DNA from: a bacterium
Lineage (GTDB): Bacteria; Desulfobacterota; DSWW01
Length of the DNA: 64,000 bases
Assembly: GCA_028277985.1 (NCBI GenBank)
Contig: JANQFG010000119.1
Span: 3,911-67,910, forward strand
Reading direction: 5' to 3'
Part shown: positions 36,375 to 45,008 of the stretch, one piece after another
Position numbering within the stretch: the stretch's first letter is position 1
Layout: each line of letters begins with the position of its first letter
The notes under the pieces: model-generated
Told to the model about the DNA's origin: nothing
The model's input: the letters and a program-made list of their open reading frames with translations, nothing else
The model's database searches: none
Made by a program: the position numbers and the translations under genes

Positions 36375-36584
36375 ATGAAGCCGAAGCCAACCGAGACTTC
36401 ACAACAGTCCACCCGGACCGAACTCGTCTGCCCCACATGTGGCGGCCCGGTGGTCGCGAACATAGCCTTCGGCAGCAATTTCTGCGGAGTGCGCACGGTG
36501 GCCGCCTGCGAAGAGGGCTGCAAATGGACCCTTCAGGACCAACAGAAGATGAACAACGCAGCGAGTGACGAGATGTTCGGATAG
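36375..36584 (+). CDS. Small (69 aa) Cys-rich zinc-ribbon-like protein
   Basis: AAAGGAG RBS. CPTCGG ... C..(7)..CEEGC pattern. Confidence 0.5.
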   Translation: MKPKPTETSQQSTRTELVCPTCGGPVVANIAFGSNFCGVRTVAACEEGCKWTLQDQQKMNNAASDEMFG

Positions 36585-36627
36585 CAGGCGATTGAAAGGC
36601 TCGAGTGCTTGATGGGGGGAAGCACGG

Positions 36628-37410
36628 ATGAAGCTCGATTCCTGGGTTCTGGACGTAATCCTTTACACGTTCTTTCTCTTGATGCTGCGGGAAGGCCGGC
36701 TCGTTCTCGGCTGGAAGCGGACCAGCATCTTCCTCTGGGGTTCGATTCTCTGGACCGCCATCATCGAGAACGCGATGGTCATCATCGGCGGGTACGACTA
36801 CTTTGCCTACGCCGACTACTACACCTTCGGTGGAAAGGTGATCAACGGGTATGCGGGCTGGTTCTCCTGGGCCCTGTTCGTGCCCCTGGCCATCTGTCTC
36901 GGCTGGTTTCTTCTCAGTCTCCCCGCTCTGCTCATCTCGATCCGGCTTCTCGGCGAGAACCGGGGCATCTGGATCAAGGCGGCCTTTGCGGGCATCATGC
37001 TCGTCAGCTTCGACATGCTCCTCGACCCCATATCGGTCGTGAACGAGTGGTGGAGGTGGACATCCCCCGGCTACTACCTTCGCGGTGTGACCCTGGGGAA
37101 CTACATCGGCTGGTTCTTCCTTCTCTTCTTTTTCGGTGCGGTCTACGAACGCACGGTCCTCCAGAAGAGGGGCTTTGGCTGGCTTTCAGGAATCGAGGGC
37201 AAGATCTTCGGATCGGACACGATGGACCTTTCCGGCATGGAGATGGCCCGGATCGGGAAGGTATTCTACTTCCGTCTGATCGCCTTCCTGCCGATCTTCT
37301 TCGTCTGCTGCATAGGCGTCTCTTCGATCGCCCTTGCTTTTGCGAACAACTGGGGTCCTTTTGAGAGTGTGTTTCCTCAAACCGCTTTTGAGGCCGTCAC
37401 GAAACCTTGA
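36628..37410 (+). CDS. Polytopic membrane protein P3, a distant relative of P1/P2 (CruF/DUF422-like)
   Basis: 260 aa. It shares the motifs DMLLDPISVVNEWW and GVTLGNYIGWFFLLFFF with P1 and P2. Confidence 0.7.
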   Translation: MKLDSWVLDVILYTFFLLMLREGRLVLGWKRTSIFLWGSILWTAIIENAMVIIGGYDYFAYADYYTFGGKVINGYAGWFSWALFVPLAICLGWFLLSLPALLISIRLLGENRGIWIKAAFAGIMLVSFDMLLDPISVVNEWWRWTSPGYYLRGVTLGNYIGWFFLLFFFGAVYERTVLQKRGFGWLSGIEGKIFGSDTMDLSGMEMARIGKVFYFRLIAFLPIFFVCCIGVSSIALAFANNWGPFESVFPQTAFEAVTKP

Positions 37411-37455
37411 TCCGCCCATCTGCGGGGCGAGGCTCCGCTGGAGAGGAGACGAAGT

Positions 37456-37716
37456 ATGCATACCGTAGAGCAAGCAGACCCGAAGGTACAGGAGACCGCA
37501 CTTCGCGCAAAGCTTCGCATGTCCTATTTCCTGCTCCTCCTCTTCGTCATCCACATCATTGAGGCCTACGTCACCTTTCCCTTCGTTGATCACACGAGCA
37601 CGGCCCAGAACGTGGTCTACGGCTTCATCGTGGCCGCGCCCTTCTACACGATCAACATCATTTTCATCGTGTTGACCCGGCGGGACCTGGCCAACCTCCT
37701 CGAACAGAACGGTTAG
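37456..37716 (+). CDS. Small (86 aa) two-TM membrane protein
   Basis: GGAGAGGAG RBS and two hydrophobic helices. It directly follows P3, mirroring the arrangement of P1 and the 78-aa ORF. Confidence 0.5.
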   Translation: MHTVEQADPKVQETALRAKLRMSYFLLLLFVIHIIEAYVTFPFVDHTSTAQNVVYGFIVAAPFYTINIIFIVLTRRDLANLLEQNG

Positions 37717-37766
37717 GGATTCTCTGTTGTCCACTTAAGGCGCGGACCGCCATCGGAGATGTCTTC

Positions 37767-38492
37767 ATGCCCGAATCAGACTGCGGAGCTCTCCTTATCC
37801 ACGGTTTCACCGGGTACAGCCAGGAAATGCAGGGACTGGCGCAACTCCTGGCCGATGATGGATACCGGGTCCACAATACGGTCCTGCCGGGCCATGAAGA
37901 GACCCCTGATGACCTGAGAAGAATCCGTTGGACCGACCACTGGGATCATCTCGAGCAGGAGTTCCGGAGGCTCGAGCGGCAATGCCCCGGAGGTGTCTTC
38001 TGTCTTGGCCAATCGATGGGCGGGGCCTTGTCGCTTCTGCTCGGTGAGCGACTTCCCGTGAAGGGTATCGTGACGTTTGCCGCACCGGTAAGGTTGACGG
38101 GTATTCCCATACGGCTCGCCTCTCTTCTGGGCCGTCTCGTTCCCTGGAAGAAGATCGCCGCACGACCCATGGAACAACAGCTGGCCGATCCGGAGATGCG
38201 GAAGATCCACAAATGCTATCCCTTCTTTCATCTGGAATCGCTTCTGGAGCTGCTGTCGCTCCTCAGGGAGGTGAAGGACAATCTCGAGAAGGTGACGGCT
38301 CCCCTTCTCGTTATCCACGCAGAGGAAGATGAAGTCGTTCACCCGAAGAACATGAGTTGGATCCTGGATGCCGTGTCTTCCGAGGCGAAAGAGTCCCTGC
38401 TGCTTTCACAGGGGCGACACCCCATCACCATGGATCTGGGACGGCACGAAGCCTTCGAGGCAGCACGGTCCTTTCTCAGGAGGATCGTTTAG
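37767..38492 (+). CDS. Alpha/beta hydrolase (carboxylesterase / monoacylglycerol-lipase-like)
   Basis: LLIHGFTG oxyanion region, GQSMGG nucleophile elbow, and late Asp and His residues (EEDEVV, GRHPIT). Confidence 0.85.
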   Translation: MPESDCGALLIHGFTGYSQEMQGLAQLLADDGYRVHNTVLPGHEETPDDLRRIRWTDHWDHLEQEFRRLERQCPGGVFCLGQSMGGALSLLLGERLPVKGIVTFAAPVRLTGIPIRLASLLGRLVPWKKIAARPMEQQLADPEMRKIHKCYPFFHLESLLELLSLLREVKDNLEKVTAPLLVIHAEEDEVVHPKNMSWILDAVSSEAKESLLLSQGRHPITMDLGRHEAFEAARSFLRRIV

Positions 38493-38501
38493 AACGGTTC
38501 G

Positions 38502-40199
38502 CTACAGGCAAGGGAGGGCCGGCGTCAACTCCGGCAGCCGGCGGTGCAGGGTGGCCTGTTCGTAAGCGTAACCGATCGCGATGAGCCGCTCCTCGGAGAA
38601 TGCACGGCCAACCAGCTGGAATCCAATGGGAACACCACCCGGTGTGAATCCACCCGGGAGGACCAGGCTTGGAAGCCCGATGTAGGAGCTGAGGCCGATG
38701 ATGATATCGTTCTCCAGAAAGGGAAAGGAGGGGTTGGGCGATTCGGACCTGAGACCCCCATCAGCAGCCCAAAGCGGCATTGTGGCAAATGCCGTGATCA
38801 GGATCGCGTCCACTCTCAGGTCCTCGCTGTCCATGTAGGCAGCAATGTCTTGCTGGATTTCCACCTGTTTCTGATTTCTTGCAGCCTCGATCCCGGGATC
38901 GTACGTCTCCACGGCGCCCAGCAACATGGCTCCCCGATTGATCAGCTTCTGGAGGGCAGGCTGTTTCAGGAATAACTGCGACATCCCCTGGCCGAGAAAA
39001 TCGTAATAACCGCGAAAGGGAGAAGCATGCAATTCCGATAGATACCGGTCCCAGAGAAGCCTTTGTTTCCCGATGGCTCCTCCACCGAGAGCTTCTCCCA
39101 CCTTTTCGAACAGGAGATGGTCCTGCGTCAAGTCAATGCGCACCAGGGTGGCTCCTGCGTGTTTCAGATCGATCAGTACTTGTTCCGAAACTTCCAGGAC
39201 CTGAGCGGTTGACTCGTTCCGCTGTTCGCTAGGAATGTGGATGAAGTTCCCTATGTAACCGATACGGGCACCCTCCAACCCATCTTCCTCCAGAAAGGAT
39301 GAGTAACCCTGATCCGGGATGTGAGGCTCTCCCAAGGATGTGATCGGGTCCTCGGGGTCCGCCCCGGCAATCGCATCGAGGACAAGTGCAAGGTCGGTCA
39401 TCGTTCGAGTCATGGGGCCCTTCACTTCATGCATCACCGAACCCGGTAGTGACCCGCCACCGCTCACGAGCCCCCGTGTGGGCCTCAATGCACAGATATT
39501 GTTGTGCATCGCCGGAAAGCGGATCGAACCCTGTGTGTCGGCGCCAATGCCGACAACGGCGAAATTGGCCGCGATCCCGGCGGCAGAGCCCGCGCTCGAT
39601 CCTCCCGGGATTCGGTTCGGAACGTATGGATTCAGGGTCTGACCGCCCAGCGTGCTGAGCCCAACACCGCCTTTCTGCAGCTCATCCAGGTTCGTTTTTC
39701 CAAGGACGATCGCACCTGCTTTCCTGAGCCGTTCCGCAAGAAACGCATCGTTCGTCGGGTAGGCATCTTCCAGTACGGTCGTACCACCGCTCGTCGGAAA
39801 CCCCTCCATGTCGATCGAATCCTTGAGGATGACAGGAATCCCGTGAAGCATGCTTCGGGGGCCCGATTCTCTTCTCTCGTCATCGAGAGCCTCGGCAAGT
39901 CGCAGGGCTTCGTTCCGATCCAGAACCGTGATCATGGCCCTTATGGCAGGGCCGGAGGAATCGTAAGCCTCTATCCGGTCGAGAAAGCCGTTCACCAGCT
40001 GCACGGCATTCAGCCGTCCCCCGGACATGGCGTCCTGCAGTTCGACTGCGGACAGCTCGGTTATATCGATGGACGGACGGGAGGCTCTGGCACAGCTGCA
40101 CCCTTCCTCTTCACTCCCGCTGCAGGCAAGGGTGGAAAGGAGGGGCAGCAGAATGAGCAGGCAATGCAAGCCGATGCGAAAGGCTTCACCCGACATCAT
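38502..40199 (-). CDS. Amidase-signature family enzyme, exported lipoprotein
   Basis: Lipobox LLSTLAC, the amidase signature GGSSAGSAAGIA, and a Ser-cisSer-Lys context. Confidence 0.85.
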   Translation of the reverse strand: MMSGEAFRIGLHCLLILLPLLSTLACSGSEEEGCSCARASRPSIDITELSAVELQDAMSGGRLNAVQLVNGFLDRIEAYDSSGPAIRAMITVLDRNEALRLAEALDDERRESGPRSMLHGIPVILKDSIDMEGFPTSGGTTVLEDAYPTNDAFLAERLRKAGAIVLGKTNLDELQKGGVGLSTLGGQTLNPYVPNRIPGGSSAGSAAGIAANFAVVGIGADTQGSIRFPAMHNNICALRPTRGLVSGGGSLPGSVMHEVKGPMTRTMTDLALVLDAIAGADPEDPITSLGEPHIPDQGYSSFLEEDGLEGARIGYIGNFIHIPSEQRNESTAQVLEVSEQVLIDLKHAGATLVRIDLTQDHLLFEKVGEALGGGAIGKQRLLWDRYLSELHASPFRGYYDFLGQGMSQLFLKQPALQKLINRGAMLLGAVETYDPGIEAARNQKQVEIQQDIAAYMDSEDLRVDAILITAFATMPLWAADGGLRSESPNPSFPFLENDIIIGLSSYIGLPSLVLPGGFTPGGVPIGFQLVGRAFSEERLIAIGYAYEQATLHRRLPELTPALPCL

Positions 40200-40208
40200 C
40201 CCTCTCTC

Positions 40209-41870
40209 TCAGGCTGTTCGAGAACGTGTGGTTCGATGGCCTCTCAGGGCTTCGACGGACATTCGCATCATACCCGGAATGGCCGCAAGGAAATAGGCCG
40301 TTTGGTAAGATTTCGTATTCACGTCGTCTACAAGAGGAGGGGGGAGCGGCAGTCCTTCGAGGGAATCCAGCTTCTCCTCGCGGAGAACCTCGTTCCCGTC
40401 GTAAAGGTCCTGCTCGATTTGTATGAGGTAATCCAGATAGCCGCCTTCCATGGCTCTTTGGAGGTTTTCGTTCATCCTCTTGCGGCCATAGCCGTCGTAG
40501 AGCTTGAAGTGTGCCTGGGCGCCGTTCTTGTCGAAGGCATGACGGAGGATGTTCCGATGGGTGTGCACCTCGCGGTTGATATCCAAGATGGCTCGCTGGA
40601 GGGTGCTCGGCTTCATCCTCTTGGGGAAATAGGTAACAAAACTTCCGGTGGCGTAGTCCCAGGGTGAAACGGCTCCCGGGTCCCTACTGTACCAGTGCGT
40701 CGAGAATCGTCTTTTCAAAGGAATGATCAAACCCTTGCGCTCATCCTGCTCGAGGTCGTGCAGGATGAAGAGGCTCAGACTGAGCCCTGCAGCTTTGACG
40801 AAAGAGCTGATCTTTTCCGCAACGGCGGGCGTATCCATGTCGCCGCCGAGAACGAATGTGGCGAGAACATGCATCCCATGATCCCGGATGGTCCGGATGG
40901 ATCTCAGCACATCGTCTCGTTTCTGCATCTTGTTGTACGCATCGAGATTCTCGTCGAGGAGCGACTCCACACCCACGACGACCACTTCGACTCCCGCCCT
41001 CCGGAAGAGTCGGAGCATCTCCGGGTCGCGGCCTATCTCATGCCGCTCGAACACGGACAGCATGAGGCCCAGGTCCTCGTCGATCAGCCTATTCAGAAGC
41101 TCTTTCGTCCTCTCCCTGTCGGAACAGAAGTCATTGTCCACCACGAAGAACGAATCGTTGTACTTCTTCCTGTGCTTGAAGTCCCTGACCACACTGTCGA
41201 TATCACGGTTCCTGTATGCACCCTGGAACAGCTTGAGGGTCGGGCAGAACTTGCACCTGAACTTGCAGCCCCTCGATGTCTGTATCGTGTTGATCACGCG
41301 GCTCTTGCCGAGAAAAGGCCTTGCCGCACGCTTGAACCCTTCGATGAGCTCCGGGTCCGGGATCGTGTGAGGAATCGGAGGCGGAGGCGGGTCCGGATTG
41401 TGCACGATCCGCCCGTCAGTCGAAAAGGAAATCCCCGGCACCCCCTGCGGCTCCCCCTTGCCGTTCAGACATTCGATGAGCTGGGGCAGAACTTCATCCC
41501 CTTCACACCGCACCGCATAGTCGCAGAACGGAACCACGGTTTCCGGAAAGAAGCAGACATGCGGGCCACCCATGACAATCGGCATCTCCGGCTTCTCTTG
41601 GATCATCCTTTCCGCGCACGCTTTCACCTTGGTCAGGGCAGGGGCGTACACCGGGAAGCAGACAAGGTCGCAATCCACGAGCTTGTGGAAGTCCATGTTG
41701 CTGACCCCCTCGAGGAAGACCTTCACTTCGTAGCCGAGATCCCTGAGAAGGGCGGCGAGTGTGATCGTGCCGTGCTTCGGGAACACGGCATCGAAGCTCC
41801 CCATGGTGTTGATCCTGGCGTTGTACTCGACGAAGTGGATCCGCTCGATTCGCCTCGCTGCAACGCTCAT
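40209..41870 (-). CDS. B12-binding-domain radical SAM enzyme (class B)
   Basis: Start MSVAARR with a GGGAGG RBS. The N-terminal domain is Rossmann-like and resembles a cobalamin-binding domain. The radical SAM motif is SRGCKFRCKFC (CX3CX2C). Confidence 0.85.
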   Translation of the reverse strand: MSVAARRIERIHFVEYNARINTMGSFDAVFPKHGTITLAALLRDLGYEVKVFLEGVSNMDFHKLVDCDLVCFPVYAPALTKVKACAERMIQEKPEMPIVMGGPHVCFFPETVVPFCDYAVRCEGDEVLPQLIECLNGKGEPQGVPGISFSTDGRIVHNPDPPPPPIPHTIPDPELIEGFKRAARPFLGKSRVINTIQTSRGCKFRCKFCPTLKLFQGAYRNRDIDSVVRDFKHRKKYNDSFFVVDNDFCSDRERTKELLNRLIDEDLGLMLSVFERHEIGRDPEMLRLFRRAGVEVVVVGVESLLDENLDAYNKMQKRDDVLRSIRTIRDHGMHVLATFVLGGDMDTPAVAEKISSFVKAAGLSLSLFILHDLEQDERKGLIIPLKRRFSTHWYSRDPGAVSPWDYATGSFVTYFPKRMKPSTLQRAILDINREVHTHRNILRHAFDKNGAQAHFKLYDGYGRKRMNENLQRAMEGGYLDYLIQIEQDLYDGNEVLREEKLDSLEGLPLPPPLVDDVNTKSYQTAYFLAAIPGMMRMSVEALRGHRTTRSRTA

Positions 41871-41872
41871 GC

Positions 41873-42529
41873 TCAAACCTCCCTGGGCTGCTTGTCGTTT
41901 GTCTCCTGACCCAAGCTCGGCTGCATCACGGCGGCGATCTGCTTGAGAGCCGTGAGGATCCTTCGGACGGTCTCTTCGTGAGGGATCGCCATCTGTCCCA
42001 GTGCGAGGCCGTCCATCAACGCGATGGTCACCCATGGAGCGATGTCCCCGAAGGGATTGCCTGCCGCATATTCAGGAAAGTACTCGGCGAACGTTCTTCG
42101 CACGGTCTCCAGGATCTCGTAGGTCACGGTTGCGAGATGCTCGCGCAGGCCGGAATCCGTCCGGGCGGCAACCATGAATTCCAGGCATGGATAGAATGCT
42201 CCCTCGGGGCGGTAGGACTCCCAGAGCAGATCGATCGCAGTGGAGAGACGGTCTCCCTCAGCCGGGATCCGCTCCATGGTCGCCCGGAACTCGGCGACGC
42301 GCCGGTGAAAGACGTGCTCGATGGCAGCACGCACGAGATCCGCCTTCTTCGGGAAATGGTGAAGCTGGGCACCCCTGGAAACCCCGGCACGCTCCGCTAC
42401 CAGGGTCGTGGTGGTGCCCGCATACCCGTATTGCAGAAGGCACTCAACGGTCGCATCCAGCAGACGGCCGCGGGTCTCTTCGCGGCGCTCCTCCTGGGTC
42501 CTGCGCTTCCTGGGTGTTTCGGTAGCCAT
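41873..42529 (-). CDS. TetR/AcrR-family transcriptional regulator
   Basis: The HTH is LLDATVECLLQYGYAGTTTTLVAERAGVSRGAQLHHFPKKADL. The stop lies 2 nt before the radical SAM start. Confidence 0.85.
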   Translation of the reverse strand: MATETPRKRRTQEERREETRGRLLDATVECLLQYGYAGTTTTLVAERAGVSRGAQLHHFPKKADLVRAAIEHVFHRRVAEFRATMERIPAEGDRLSTAIDLLWESYRPEGAFYPCLEFMVAARTDSGLREHLATVTYEILETVRRTFAEYFPEYAAGNPFGDIAPWVTIALMDGLALGQMAIPHEETVRRILTALKQIAAVMQPSLGQETNDKQPREV

Positions 42530-42553
42530 GGGAGAGAGCATAGCAGAACACAA

Positions 42554-42581
42554 ACAAACAGTCAAGCCTGCTTGTTTTTTT
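42554..42581. terminator. Hairpin flanked by a T-run (A-run on the other strand); possible bidirectional terminator or attenuator
   Basis: ACAAACAG-tcaagc-CTGCTTGT (8-bp stem with 1 mismatch) followed by TTTTTT. It lies between the end of the upstream minus-strand operon and the TetR start. Confidence 0.3.
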
Positions 42582-42728
42582 CGGACCTACCTGTCAGGAC
42601 GTCGCGAAGCGTGAGGTGAGCCTCTCTGTCGCGCTCAACCCGTTATTTTTAAATGGGAAACGATTCAGGAGGTTCCACCGGTCTGACCCCACATTGGGTG
42701 GGTAACGGACCTGGAAATGGCCTGCAGC

Positions 42729-43592
42729 CTAGTCCGCGATGTCATTGGCCTCGATCCGGGCGGCCAGGTTGAACACGACCCAGGAGCCGCACAGATCGCA
42801 GTCCACGTCGTTTCCCATGCAACAGAAGGTGCGGGTGAATTGGTCGCCATCCAGATAGAGAGGCATGACGAATTCTTTTGCATAGCATTGGTCGGTAACG
42901 GCCTTGGAGTTCTGGGAGAGGGTCAACTCGAGGGCTCGCGATCGATTCCAGACGAAATCGGGGTACTGCTTCTTCAGCCGGATCGCTTCGCGGACGGCCT
43001 TGTCTCTTCTCTCGAGCGAACCCCAGGTGAGATTTGAAGTATCGTTTTGCGGCGGGACGTAGAAAGAGAAGGTCATCCCCTGTGCCCGGGTTTCCTTCAG
43101 GATCTTCAGGGTCTCTTCCATGTGGTCCTCATTCTCCTTGGTCACTACGTACTGGCACATGACCGTGGGCTCGAAATGATCCGGCACCCGTGACAGGGTC
43201 TTCATGACCCGCCGGAAGGAGCCTTTCCCCCGGATGGAATCATTGACTTCCTGGGGCCCATCGATGGAGACGACATAGGTGCACCGGGGGAGATCGATCA
43301 GGTCGATGGTGCCGTTGGTTGTGACGTGATTCTTCGGGAAGAGCGGGGTCCCCTTGCGAAGCACGTCCTGGCGGATCAAAGGTTCACCCCCCATCCAGAG
43401 CATGGTCTGAATCCCATGGCGTTTCTGAAGTTCGCCCAGTCTCCTTACCATGGTATCCGTATCCATCTCGCGCTTGTAGTCCGTCGGATTGTCATCGCGA
43501 AAGACAAAGCAATGACGGCAGCGCAGGGTACAACGATTGGTTATGTTCACCATTGCTGCAGGCCACTGACGCGCAGTCTCTTCCTGATTCAT
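42729..43592 (-). CDS. Radical SAM enzyme with a C-terminal Cys-rich (twitch/SPASM-like) region
   Basis: NRCTLRCRHC (CX3CX2C), MGGEPL, and a C-terminal FCCMGNDVDCDLCG. Its ATG overlaps the upstream stop (ATGA) and there is a GGAGAG RBS. Confidence 0.85.
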   Translation of the reverse strand: MNQEETARQWPAAMVNITNRCTLRCRHCFVFRDDNPTDYKREMDTDTMVRRLGELQKRHGIQTMLWMGGEPLIRQDVLRKGTPLFPKNHVTTNGTIDLIDLPRCTYVVSIDGPQEVNDSIRGKGSFRRVMKTLSRVPDHFEPTVMCQYVVTKENEDHMEETLKILKETRAQGMTFSFYVPPQNDTSNLTWGSLERRDKAVREAIRLKKQYPDFVWNRSRALELTLSQNSKAVTDQCYAKEFVMPLYLDGDQFTRTFCCMGNDVDCDLCGSWVVFNLAARIEANDIAD

Positions 43593-44239
43593 TTCTTCTC
43601 TCCTATAAAAGCCACCCCCCACCAGTTAACTTGAGGGAAGTACCACGGGAACCAAAGCCTCTCGATTCGTTCGATGCCTGAACGATGCATATAGTCTTTG
43701 ATCTCACCCGGTTCAAACACCCTGTTTCTCCAGAGAAGGGCGATCAGTCTTCCCATCAGGCTGGTACGCGTCACGATGAGCAACACCTTTCCCCCGGACC
43801 TCAGAACACGCCCGCACTCCGCAATCGCCTTTTCCACGTCGGGCATATACTCCAGTGCAGCAGAAGAAACCACCAAGTCAAAGCTCTCATCACGATAGGG
43901 CATTCTGCGCATGTCTGCCAACTGCAGCCTGACCCGTTCCCGCAGACCCAGTCCGGAAAGCCGTCGAATCAGCCCGGTAAGCATTCCCGGAGAAAAGTCC
44001 AATCCTACTGCCGTGAGGGCCCCTGGGACTTCCCTGAGCAGACTGGATGTGAAGAAACCGGTGCCGATGCCGACATCGAGAATCCTGGCGCCTTCCCGCA
44101 ACCCGAGACGGGGATGGTGACGGCGCAAGAAGTATCGGAAGGAGGTTCGGTAACCCACCAGGGTGAAGAAGAAGGAGTAGAACCAGGGTCCGACCCGATC
44201 GAAAAATCGCCTCGTCTTCACCGGATCCGGAAAAGACAT
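43589..44239 (-). CDS. Class I SAM-dependent methyltransferase
   Basis: Motif I ILDVGIGTGFF and a downstream acidic loop (LDFSPGM). Confidence 0.85.
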   Translation of the reverse strand: MSFPDPVKTRRFFDRVGPWFYSFFFTLVGYRTSFRYFLRRHHPRLGLREGARILDVGIGTGFFTSSLLREVPGALTAVGLDFSPGMLTGLIRRLSGLGLRERVRLQLADMRRMPYRDESFDLVVSSAALEYMPDVEKAIAECGRVLRSGGKVLLIVTRTSLMGRLIALLWRNRVFEPGEIKDYMHRSGIERIERLWFPWYFPQVNWWGVAFIGEKK

Positions 44240-44243
44240 CTCC

Positions 44244-45008
44244 CTACTCCCCTCCCCGCTCCAGATGCTCGGCCGACGCGGCCCGGCCCTCTTCGGCGAC
44301 CCACATCTCGAGCAGAGGATCGCTTCCGGCTCTCAGGGCTTCCTCCATCCGGGCGAGTGTTTCCCCTCTCAGCTGGTGCTTGATCTTCGCGTAGCCCTCC
44401 CTTGGCAACTCTGCAAACTCGAGTGCCACTTCTTTCGCCCTTTCAAGGACCCGGCCGGCCGGCGCCAGTTCGTCCAGGACCCCGTTGTCCATGGCCTGCT
44501 CCGGCCCCATATTGCGACCCCCCAGGGTCATGCGGCGGGCCTCCGCAGGGGCGAGTTCTGCCCGTAGCACCTCCATGGTCGAAACCGGGAAGGGAATGCC
44601 CACTCGACTCTCGGTCACACCGATCTTGCACGAAGAGCTGGTTCCCACTCGATAATCACAGGCGATGGCCAGGATAAACCCCCCGGCGATAGCATGTCCG
44701 TTGACGGCCGCGACCGTTGGAAGGGGAAACCCGTAGAGCCAGGCTACTGTGCGATTCAAGTCCTCCACCATCCGGCGCTGTTCTTCCGGCGAGTAGTAGG
44801 GCACGGTCTTCAGATCCAGCCCGGCGGAAAAACACTTCCCTTCGCCCGTAATCACCGCCGCTCGGACGGCAGGATCCTTTTCCACTTCTTGAAGACATGC
44901 CTCCGCATCCCGCACGAGTTTCAGGTCGAAGGCGTTCACCGGCGGCTTGTCCAGAAACAGAGTGGCGATACCCTCGGAGACCTCTAGTCGGGCGGTTCTA
45001 TCCTCCAT
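44244..45008 (-). CDS. Enoyl-CoA hydratase/isomerase (crotonase) family protein
   Basis: FSAGLDL and AAVNGHAIAGG oxyanion-hole motifs. Confidence 0.9.
   Translation of the reverse strand: MEDRTARLEVSEGIATLFLDKPPVNAFDLKLVRDAEACLQEVEKDPAVRAAVITGEGKCFSAGLDLKTVPYYSPEEQRRMVEDLNRTVAWLYGFPLPTVAAVNGHAIAGGFILAIACDYRVGTSSSCKIGVTESRVGIPFPVSTMEVLRAELAPAEARRMTLGGRNMGPEQAMDNGVLDELAPAGRVLERAKEVALEFAELPREGYAKIKHQLRGETLARMEEALRAGSDPLLEMWVAEEGRAASAEHLERGGE

Noticed and set aside
42680-42691. The 12-mer GGTCTGACCCCA is shared between the right arm of the 24-bp inverted repeat (3743-3754) and the intergenic region at 42680-42691, hinting at a dispersed repeat family
   Set aside because: A 12-mer match on either strand is expected by chance many times in a 64-kb window, and similarity does not extend beyond the 12 nt.
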